This document shows, piece after piece, positions 39,432-47,010 of a stretch of DNA of 64,000 nt. Numbering within the stretch: the first letter of the stretch is position 1; every line of letters begins with the position of its first letter. Below the pieces are notes generated by a model. It searched no databases. It saw nothing but the letters and a program-made list of their open reading frames with translations, and was not told where the DNA came from. Both the position numbers and the translations under genes were made by a program. The stretch is from Candidatus Brocadiia bacterium (GTDB lineage: Bacteria > Planctomycetota > Brocadiia > SM23-32): the NCBI GenBank assembly GCA_046538485.1, contig JBKHIT010000017.1, forward strand, positions 17,886-81,885, read 5' to 3'.

Positions 39432-41087
39432 CTATTCCCCGAGGATCTGCTGAAGATCTTCTTCGGGTGTGGAGATGGGCATGATGTTGAATTTGTCCAC
39501 GAGGACATCCAGAACTGCCGGTTCCACGAACGCCGGGAGTGTCGGTCCGAGTCTCATATCCTCAATGCCCAGATGCAACAGCGTCAGCAGAATCGCCACG
39601 GCTTTCTGCTCATACCAGGAAAGCACAAGCGAGAGAGGCAGCTCATTCACGCCGACATCAAAAGCATCCGAGAGAGCCAGAGCGATCTGAATCGCCGAAT
39701 ATGAGTCGTTGCACTGGCCGACATCGAGCAGACGCGGTATCCCGCCGATGTCGCCGAATTCAAGCTTGTTGAAACGGTATTTGCCGCAGGCCAGCGTGAG
39801 AATGACGCAGTCATCCGGCACGGACTGGGCCAGTTCGGTGTAGTAATTCCGACCCGGTTTCGCTCCGTCACAACCGCCGATCAAGAAAAAGTGTCGGATG
39901 TCACCATTTTTCACAGCATCCACGACCTGGTCAGCCACGTTCGTGACAGCGTTTCGGCCGAATCCAACCGTGATATTGTGCTCCTCCCCGTCATCTGTGA
40001 AACCGGGCTGAGCGAGGGCGGCTTCTACTACCGGGGAAAAATCGCTGTCGTCGATATGCCTCACCCCCGGCCATCCTGTCGGTCCCGATGTAAAGAGTCG
40101 GTCTTTATAGCTATCCTTCGGTTTCATCAGACAGTTGGTGGTCATCAGGATCGCGCCCGGAAACTCGTCGAATTCCTCCCGCTGACGTTGCCAGGCCCCT
40201 CCATAATTTCCGACGAGATGATCGTACTTGTTCAGTTCAGGGTAGCCGTGACAGGGCAACATCTCACCGTGTGTGTAGACGTTGATGCCAGAGCCCTCGG
40301 TCTGCTTGAGAATTTCGTCAAGATCTTTCAGGTCATGGCCGGACACAACTATAGCTTTCCCTTTCACGGGCGTAACTCGCACGGGGGTCGGCTCCGGATG
40401 TCCGTATGTCCCCGTATTGGCGGCATCGAGCAGTTCCATCGCCCGCAGGTTGAGTTCGCCGGTCTCCAGCGATTTGGCGAGCAAATCTTTAAGATTATCA
40501 GGTTCGGAAGCCACAAAGCTTAAAAGTTTGTGGAACCCGCCGTAAAGGTCAGCGTCCTCCTCACCGAGAACCTTCGCATGATAGGTATAAGCGCCGGCCC
40601 CTTTGAGTCCGTAGACTATCAGTTCCTGCAGTCCGGCGACGTCAGCTCCGTATTTATCGATCCGGTTCTCGATACTGACCCCTTCGCCCTGCTCTATGAG
40701 ACCGTTCAGATCATCGGCCGGCCTCCAGTCTTCGATCCATGCGATGTCGTCATCAAGTTCGACTCCGGCGTCTTTGCACATTCCTGCAGCTACGTCCCGC
40801 ACTTCAGCTGCCCGATGAATAAAATCGGCGAAATCTTCAGCATCGAAATTTACGTTTGTGAGAGTCGTAAAAACGGCCCAGGGGACAAACGCGTCCACCT
40901 CCGGGTCACGCTTCCCGGCACTTTGCGCCCTATGCGCACAGGCCGATATGCCCTTGATCGCATGGATGAGGAGATCCTGCAGCGCTGCCACATCGGGGTC
41001 TTTACCGCATACGCCGTGCATCGTACAACCTTCGCCTTTCGCCGTCTGTTCACATTGATAGCAAAACATGGTCTCTTTTTGCTCCAT
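39432..41087 (-). CDS. hcp: Hybrid cluster protein (hydroxylamine/NO reductase)
   Basis: MFCYQCEQT...C..GVCGK, SGHDL, YTHGEMLP, TTNC, GGCDG, LACGKYRF, GQCND, WYEQKA. Confidence 0.98.
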   Translation of the reverse strand: MEQKETMFCYQCEQTAKGEGCTMHGVCGKDPDVAALQDLLIHAIKGISACAHRAQSAGKRDPEVDAFVPWAVFTTLTNVNFDAEDFADFIHRAAEVRDVAAGMCKDAGVELDDDIAWIEDWRPADDLNGLIEQGEGVSIENRIDKYGADVAGLQELIVYGLKGAGAYTYHAKVLGEEDADLYGGFHKLLSFVASEPDNLKDLLAKSLETGELNLRAMELLDAANTGTYGHPEPTPVRVTPVKGKAIVVSGHDLKDLDEILKQTEGSGINVYTHGEMLPCHGYPELNKYDHLVGNYGGAWQRQREEFDEFPGAILMTTNCLMKPKDSYKDRLFTSGPTGWPGVRHIDDSDFSPVVEAALAQPGFTDDGEEHNITVGFGRNAVTNVADQVVDAVKNGDIRHFFLIGGCDGAKPGRNYYTELAQSVPDDCVILTLACGKYRFNKLEFGDIGGIPRLLDVGQCNDSYSAIQIALALSDAFDVGVNELPLSLVLSWYEQKAVAILLTLLHLGIEDMRLGPTLPAFVEPAVLDVLVDKFNIMPISTPEEDLQQILGE

Positions 41088-41108
41088 TAGAAAAATAGTA
41101 AATTGAAG

Positions 41109-41453
41109 TCAGTCGCCTCGCAGCATGATAAGCAGCATCTTGAACCGTTGTTCCGCCTGGAGAGAATGCGGCACATCGGCCGGCATAAGCACCAGTTCGC
41201 CTTCATCCGGCTCCACGGTTTCGCCGCCGATTGTCAGCTGCCCTTGCCCATCAAGAATCAACACAAGGGCATCGAACGGGGCCGTATGTTCGCTCAGCCC
41301 CTGCCCGGAATCGAACGCGAAAAGCGTCACCGTGCCCCCGCTGGTTTTGGCAAGTTCGCGGCTGACCGTGCTGCCGCTCTGGTACTCAACCATAGAGGCC
41401 AGATCGAGGGGCCGGGCCGGATCCAGCAATTGTTCGTCTCCTTCGTTGTCCAT
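41109..41453 (-). CDS. Cupin domain protein
   Basis: TLFAFDSGQGLSEHTAPFDA, MPADVPHSL; family commonly found next to hcp. Confidence 0.9.
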   Translation of the reverse strand: MDNEGDEQLLDPARPLDLASMVEYQSGSTVSRELAKTSGGTVTLFAFDSGQGLSEHTAPFDALVLILDGQGQLTIGGETVEPDEGELVLMPADVPHSLQAEQRFKMLLIMLRGD

Positions 41454-41484
41454 CTTCCTTTCTCCTATCGTGAAATAAAACCTG

Positions 41485-42672
41485 TTAGCCGAAAGTCTCC
41501 GTTGCCAGTTTCCGTCCAAACGTGCGGCACTCGTCCAGGTCTTCTTCTTCCGGTTGCCACTGGCAGGCCAGTCCTTCGCTCGCGAGCGGGATCCGGGCTT
41601 CCTCCAGGCTCTCTTCGATACGTTTCACCGAACCTCCTCCCCATCCGTAGGAACCAAAAGCCGCGCCCTTCTTGTTCTTGAAGCCGAGCCCGCGTAAATC
41701 TTCGAGAATGGGAGTAATCGTCGGCAACACACCTTTGTTAATCGTGGATGACCCGATGGCAACAAGGCCCGAACGGAACACTTCAACCAGGGCATCGTTA
41801 CGGTCAGCCAGTGCCAGGTCGATAAGTTTGTAATCGATCCCTTCTTCCGAAAAACCGTCGCCGATGCCCTCTGCCATCCGGCGGGTAGCTCCCCACATCG
41901 TATCGTAGAGGAGAACCGCCCGTTCTTCGGGCTCCTGCTGAGCCCACTGCTGATACTTCTCGACGATCTGGAAGGGCTCGTCTCGCCAGATGACGCCGTG
42001 GCTTGGAGCGATTACGTCGACCGGCACATCCATTTCAACCAGTTCCCGGATCTTGCGCTCGACCAGGTTTCCGAACGGGTTGAGGATATTGACGTAGTAT
42101 TTGAGCGCTTCCTCATACAGCTCCTTTTGATCGACTTCATCGTTGAACCGGTAGGCGGTGGCATAGTGCTGGCCAAAAGCATCGTTCGGCATCAACACGT
42201 TGCTGCCGGTCAGGTACGTGAACATGCTGTCAGGCCAATGCAGCATCGGGGCCTCGATAAAGACAAGTTTATTCTCGCCGATATCGATGCTGTCTCCCGT
42301 CTCAACCGTCTCAAAGTTCCACTCCTCGTGGAAATGGCCCTTGATGTTATCAGGCGCACGTTTGGAACATACCAGCCGGGCATCCGGAGCCGCACGCATC
42401 ACCTCCGGCAAACCACCGCTGTGGTCTATTTCGGCATGATTGGCGACCACAATATCGATCTCTGAGGGAGCAACAAGCTCAGAAATATTCTCCATCAGCC
42501 GATCGGTGTGAGGCTCCCAAACGGTATCGACCAGCACCGTCTTCTCATCCTGAATCAGGTACGCGTTATAGGTGCTTCCCCGGTGCGTGGAGAGTTCGTG
42601 CCCGTGGAAGCTTCGCAGATCCCAATCGACAACACCGACCCAAAAAACCTTATCCTTCACCTGCGTAATCAT
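41485..42672 (-). CDS. fprA: FprA-type flavodiiron protein (NO/O2 reductase)
   Basis: GSTYNAYLI, NHAEIDHSG, HWPDSM, NDAFGQH, PSHG, flavodoxin TMWGAT and FGSYGW. Confidence 0.93.
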   Translation of the reverse strand: MITQVKDKVFWVGVVDWDLRSFHGHELSTHRGSTYNAYLIQDEKTVLVDTVWEPHTDRLMENISELVAPSEIDIVVANHAEIDHSGGLPEVMRAAPDARLVCSKRAPDNIKGHFHEEWNFETVETGDSIDIGENKLVFIEAPMLHWPDSMFTYLTGSNVLMPNDAFGQHYATAYRFNDEVDQKELYEEALKYYVNILNPFGNLVERKIRELVEMDVPVDVIAPSHGVIWRDEPFQIVEKYQQWAQQEPEERAVLLYDTMWGATRRMAEGIGDGFSEEGIDYKLIDLALADRNDALVEVFRSGLVAIGSSTINKGVLPTITPILEDLRGLGFKNKKGAAFGSYGWGGGSVKRIEESLEEARIPLASEGLACQWQPEEEDLDECRTFGRKLATETFG

Positions 42673-42734
42673 TGGATGCTCCTTACAAAGTGCTTTCACT
42701 CCAGAACGAGAACTGTCACTGAGACGTTTTCCAG

Positions 42735-43457
42735 CTATTGCGTGATTTTTCCTTTCACGGAGACTTCAACTGTTTCCAACGGGATATCACGACCGCTTTT
42801 CTCGATCGCGTTGCGGGCGATTCTGAGCAGACCGTGACAGCACGGCACTTCCATGTGCGCGACAGTCAGCGATTGAATCTCATTGCGTTTCAGAATTTCG
42901 GTGAGTTTTTCTTCGTAATACGCCCCGTCATCGAGTTTGGGACACCCCACCAGGAGACGTTTTTTCTGGAGAAGCTGTCCGTGAAAATTCGCCAGGGCAA
43001 ACGGAACGCAGTCAGCTGCCAGAAGAAGCTCGGCGCCTTCGAGAAAAGCCGCCCCGGCCGGAACAAGATGCAATTGGACAGGCCATTGCCGCAATGCGCT
43101 ATCTGACGACGAGGTGCCAGCGGACCTCTCCGGAGAATCACTGAAGTCCATATCCATGAAAGCTGCTCCCGGGCAGCCGGACGGTTTATCTGCACTCGGG
43201 TTGTCTTCTTCCGCCGTTCCCGCCTGCTTCTGCTCCACCGCTTCCTCGTCAAATTCAGCGGCGTCCCGCTCTTCCAACGTAATGGCCCCCTGCGGGCACT
43301 CCCCCAGACAAGCGCCCAGGCCATCGCAGTAACGCTCATCCACCAGCTTAGCCTTCCCATCGACGATCTGCAAGGCGCCTTCTTCGCAGTTGGGGATACA
43401 TTCCCCGCACCCGTTACATTTCTCTTCATCTATTTTTACTATTGTTCGAACGACCAT
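42735..43457 (-). CDS. 4Fe-4S ferredoxin-domain protein
   Basis: CNGCGECIPNC, CDGLGACLGECP, GCPG, QWPVQL, AADC, GCPKLD, MEVPCC. Confidence 0.9.
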   Translation of the reverse strand: MVVRTIVKIDEEKCNGCGECIPNCEEGALQIVDGKAKLVDERYCDGLGACLGECPQGAITLEERDAAEFDEEAVEQKQAGTAEEDNPSADKPSGCPGAAFMDMDFSDSPERSAGTSSSDSALRQWPVQLHLVPAGAAFLEGAELLLAADCVPFALANFHGQLLQKKRLLVGCPKLDDGAYYEEKLTEILKRNEIQSLTVAHMEVPCCHGLLRIARNAIEKSGRDIPLETVEVSVKGKITQ

Positions 43458-43509
43458 GCGCTCCCCTTTCCAAATAGGACTTTTAGGCTCCTGTTTATCG
43501 TAAAAATTT

Positions 43510-43809
43510 TTACTCTCTTTCCGGTGGTGCGTCTTCCGGGGCATTGCCGATGGCAAAATCGCGGGCGTTCTCGGGATCGAGCCCACTTTCTTTAAGCCGC
43601 CCGAGACATTGTTCGGCGTATTCACACCACTCGAGACATCCGAGGTCGGCTTTGGGGTTTGCGACACGTTTTCCGCACGCGGGACATCTTCGGGCGATCT
43701 CATCGGGCCAGAACTCAACCTTCTGCCCGCATTCGCCGCAGTTCGCAACAGCGATCTGTTCGGGCTTGAGAAAGCGGCTGTCCTGGCCGGGACAGTGTTC
43801 GGGACTCAT
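43510..43809 (-). CDS. Small 8-Cys putative metal-binding protein
   Basis: CPGQD, CGECG, VEFWPDE, CPACG, GCLEWCEYAEQC; ATGA overlap with the Rrf2 stop. Confidence 0.85.
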   Translation of the reverse strand: MSPEHCPGQDSRFLKPEQIAVANCGECGQKVEFWPDEIARRCPACGKRVANPKADLGCLEWCEYAEQCLGRLKESGLDPENARDFAIGNAPEDAPPERE

Positions 43810-44234
43810 CGCGATTTCTCCTCCGTTTCAACCTGCATTCCGGCCGCGATATCCGCCAGATTAATCCCATCGAACCAGCTCTCAATCTCTTTTTGCAGAG
43901 TGCCAAGACGGCGGCGGAGGGCGCAGACTTTCACGTTCTCGCAGATCTCGGGATCGTCGAAACAGGCATTCACAGTAAGCGGCCCCTGAACCGCCTTCAC
44001 CACATCGTGGAGTGTTATCCGGTCGGCGGACCGGGCCAGCCCGTATCCTCCGAAAGGTCCCTGGGACGATTCCACCAGCCCGGCGGTTTTGAGCCGCTGC
44101 ATGATCTTGCGGAGAAAATCCTCCGGCACGCTCTCATCCTCAGCCAGCACGGACACCGGCTCCGTCTCAGCACTATGCGCCAGATGCACCATGGCCCGCA
44201 GCGCATAATCTGTATCTCTGTGGATAATCGCCAT
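43806..44234 (-). CDS. Rrf2 family regulator (three Cys) heading the hcp/fprA operon
   Basis: TDYALRAM, FLRKIMQRL, SSQGPFGGY, CFDDPEICENVKVC. Confidence 0.95.
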   Translation of the reverse strand: MAIIHRDTDYALRAMVHLAHSAETEPVSVLAEDESVPEDFLRKIMQRLKTAGLVESSQGPFGGYGLARSADRITLHDVVKAVQGPLTVNACFDDPEICENVKVCALRRRLGTLQKEIESWFDGINLADIAAGMQVETEEKSR

Positions 44235-44247
44235 GTTACTTCCCCTT

Positions 44248-44305
44248 ATAGGATTAATGTTATCTTATTTAATAGGATTTTACCACTCCTATTATGCTCT
44301 GTCAA
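44248..44305 (-). promoter_or_regulatory. Promoter with two tandem palindromic operators
   Basis: Minus strand TTGACA (44305-44300), 17 bp, TAAAAT (44282-44277); ATAGGA-N9-TCTTAT (44248-44268) and ATAGGA-N9-TCCTAT (44272-44292). Confidence 0.8.
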
Positions 44306-44511
44306 GTCCTTTTTCGCAATGGACATCCAGGGACCGGATTGTCCGTGCATATAAGGCTCCCAGACGACCTGGACAGGAGGCGGCTTTCGATTTCCGGGGA
44401 TGGGCTTTCAAAAACAGATTCGCTGTCGCGAACCTCATATCCCGTCTCCTGGTAGCCCCTATTCCGAACGCGGGGCGATGTGTTGCAATGTTTCTTTGGA
44501 TTAACGGAAAG

Positions 44512-44584
44512 GGGCGCAGCCCGGGGCGGTTTCAATTTCGGCGAACATCGGTTTCGCCAGCAGAGCTTACTAAATACCGTGCAG
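44512..44584 (-). repeat. Dispersed element Y (copy 2)
   Basis: Reverse complement CTGCACGGTATTTAGTAAGCTCTGCTGGCGAAACCGATGTTCGCCGAAATTG matches 37011-37083. Confidence 0.75.
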
Positions 44585-44795
44585 ACGACATTCCGAACAT
44601 GTATAAACAGAATGGCGCGGATTGCCATCTTTGGACTGCGGGGGCTTGCTGCCGCTTTGTCTTTCAGTTTGTAGATTGAATCCTTAAGCCCGGCAGGTGG
44701 ACGGACGGCAGGTAGCCTGATCGAAGTAGAAACTCCCCAGCCACTAAAAACCGACACGATTCACAGCGCATATGCCTGACTCAACCAGATTTTCC

Positions 44796-44841
44796 TTGAC
44801 ATGAACTACAATCGATTGAATCATTCCTGCAACCGGCTGTA
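44796..44841 (+). promoter_or_regulatory. Promoter and two LacI-type operators
   Basis: TTGACA at 44796; TACAATCGATTGAA (44807-44820) and TGCAACCGGCTGTA (44828-44841) are CG-centred palindromes upstream of the LacI gene. Confidence 0.7.
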
Positions 44842-44864
44842 GATAGCGCAGGGAGCCAAGTATT

Positions 44865-45722
44865 ATGGCCGTCACACTGCAGGATATCGCAGAATCCACC
44901 GGCACCGACAAGGCAACTGTCTCGCGGGTGCTCCAGGGCAAAGCGCGCGATTATTACATCAGCCGCGAGCGGGAAGAGCGTATCAGGGAGGCCGCCCGGG
45001 ATATGGGATACCGCCCCAACGGCGGCGCCCACCTGCCCCGGGTCCTGCAAGAAGAGATGACCGACGGGCTTCTGATCGCCGCCAAAAAGGATCTGCCCGA
45101 CCCGATGACGAACGTCATGCGGAAAGCGGATATCCCCGCCATCTGGCTCACCCACGACCTACCCTACGACTGCATCCGGGAGGACCATGTCGGTGGGGGA
45201 CAAAAGGCAACCAACTACCTGATCGAACTCGGGCATCGTCGCATCGCCTACCTCGGCCGGAAGTGGTCCGGAATAACAAATCCCGAAAACCCGGGAGAAA
45301 AAGACGGCCGCTACGAAGGCTACACGCTCGCACTCGATAAAATCGGCGAGCAACCCCGGAAAATGGTGCCGAAAAACAAAAGCAGCGGCCGGAGAGAAAC
45401 GATCCGCCGTCACCTGACCGGCGACAACCGCGCCACAGCTGTGCTGGCCGCCTGGCACGAGCTGGCCGAAGACGTCCTGCTCACCGCACTGGAACTCGGA
45501 CTGCGGGTGCCCCGGGACCTTTCGGTCATGGAATTTCATCCAACCGGCAAAACCGAGAGCCACTCTCCGATCACCGCGGTAACGGTTAATGAATATCGCA
45601 AAGGAACCATTGCGGTCGAGATGTTGCAGGAAAAAATCGAGAATCCGAATCGACAACTCAAATCACACGTCATGACCATGGAACTGAGCAAAGGTCGCAC
45701 CTGTGCAAAACTGAAAGATTGA
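44865..45722 (+). CDS. LacI family transcriptional regulator (short, probable internal deletion)
   Basis: VTLQDIA...TVSRVL HTH, GYRPN, LGHRRIAY, LRVPRDLSV; only 285 aa. Confidence 0.9.
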   Translation: MAVTLQDIAESTGTDKATVSRVLQGKARDYYISREREERIREAARDMGYRPNGGAHLPRVLQEEMTDGLLIAAKKDLPDPMTNVMRKADIPAIWLTHDLPYDCIREDHVGGGQKATNYLIELGHRRIAYLGRKWSGITNPENPGEKDGRYEGYTLALDKIGEQPRKMVPKNKSSGRRETIRRHLTGDNRATAVLAAWHELAEDVLLTALELGLRVPRDLSVMEFHPTGKTESHSPITAVTVNEYRKGTIAVEMLQEKIENPNRQLKSHVMTMELSKGRTCAKLKD

Positions 45723-45734
45723 TGGGGGAACATT

Positions 45735-46601
45735 ATGAAAGTCAAAAAAATATGTTCGCACGAGAAAAAAAGGAGAAACGGGTCCAAACTCGGGGGCTGC
45801 CGCCAGTGGGGCCAGAAACCAGCGCGGCCCGGCGCCCTCCCCGGCGGTTTCACGCTCATAGAACTGCTTGTGGTCATCGCCATCATCAGTATCCTGGCAG
45901 CGATGCTCATGCCGGCTCTGGAAAAGGCCCGGTTCCAGGCCCGAAAAGCCACCGATATCAATAACACCCGCCAGATGGTGGTCGGACTCACCTTGTATGC
46001 AAATGACCGGAACGGCAAACTGCCTCGAGGTGAACGTGGTACAGGGCCAGATTACGTCCCCCATCCGACAAATGCTTTTTTGCGAGATTCCTACACCGGT
46101 TACGAAAACATCGACTACCGACCGGTAACCAGAGAGTATGATTTCATGCCGGCGACGGCCCATCCTGTTACGGGAGCGCCCGCCTGGAACGACCCCGGCA
46201 ATACTGGCCAATCGGCAGGTGGCGGCACACTGCTGAGAAATATCCGCTGCTACAGAGCCCGCCACTATTACGACGAGCTAACGGCCGACGAAAAAGTTTT
46301 TCTCGGTCCGGACCGTCTCTACGGCAATGTCTCGGGAAAACACCTCGTCGGATCGTGGCTCGCCGATTTCAGCGCAACATCCTGGCACCTCGGCGCCCGG
46401 GTCGGCCCATACATCGAAAATCGCATCGACACCTTCGAGCAGGAAGACAATCCGTCTCGTCGGTTCTTCCGCGGAGCCGGGTTGAGCGGTTCCGTCAGCG
46501 CAGGCTATGATGCTTCCGTGCGGTGGTTTGCAAAAGATGAATTGGATTACTATACGCATCCCGCCGGCACGTTGCTCTACGCCGTCCCCAATCGAAATTA
46601 A
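45735..46601 (+). CDS. Prepilin-type N-methylation domain protein (PVC DUF1559-like)
   Basis: [39 protein letters not shown]-terminal YDASV. Confidence 0.9.
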   Translation: MKVKKICSHEKKRRNGSKLGGCRQWGQKPARPGALPGGFTLIELLVVIAIISILAAMLMPALEKARFQARKATDINNTRQMVVGLTLYANDRNGKLPRGERGTGPDYVPHPTNAFLRDSYTGYENIDYRPVTREYDFMPATAHPVTGAPAWNDPGNTGQSAGGGTLLRNIRCYRARHYYDELTADEKVFLGPDRLYGNVSGKHLVGSWLADFSATSWHLGARVGPYIENRIDTFEQEDNPSRRFFRGAGLSGSVSAGYDASVRWFAKDELDYYTHPAGTLLYAVPNRN

Positions 46602-46688
46602 GCCCGGTAATTTGATGCTCGCAGTTGCTGCTACCTGACAAAAATGCACAATGATCTTCCTTACAACTCGGCAAACAAAAGTGAAATT

Positions 46689-47010
46689 ATGAGCATTTCT
46701 CGACGCCATTTCCTCAAAGGAGCTTTCGGATGCGCCACCGCCGCTGGCACCGCCGCCCTCCCCCTTTCTCTGGCACAAGCGGCCGAAAAAATGAACCACA
46801 GCAAAAAACCCGATATCGTCCTTTTTCTGACCGATGACCAGGGCTGGCAGGACACCAGCGAGCCCTTCTGGAAAAAAGAAACGCCTCTCAACCGCCGTTA
46901 TCATACCCCGAACATGGAACGGCTGGCCGATGAGGGAATGAAATTCACCGACGCCTACGCGTGCTCGGTCTGCTCGCCCACCCGGGTAAGCCTGATGACC
47001 GGCTCCAACA
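46689..47010 (+). pseudogene. Truncated Tat-exported sulfatase (N-terminal ~105 aa only)
   Basis: SRRHFLK Tat motif, PDIVLFLTDDQG, TPNMERLA, CSPTRVSLMTG formylglycine motif; homology ends where it meets the antisense oxidoreductase. Confidence 0.85.
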
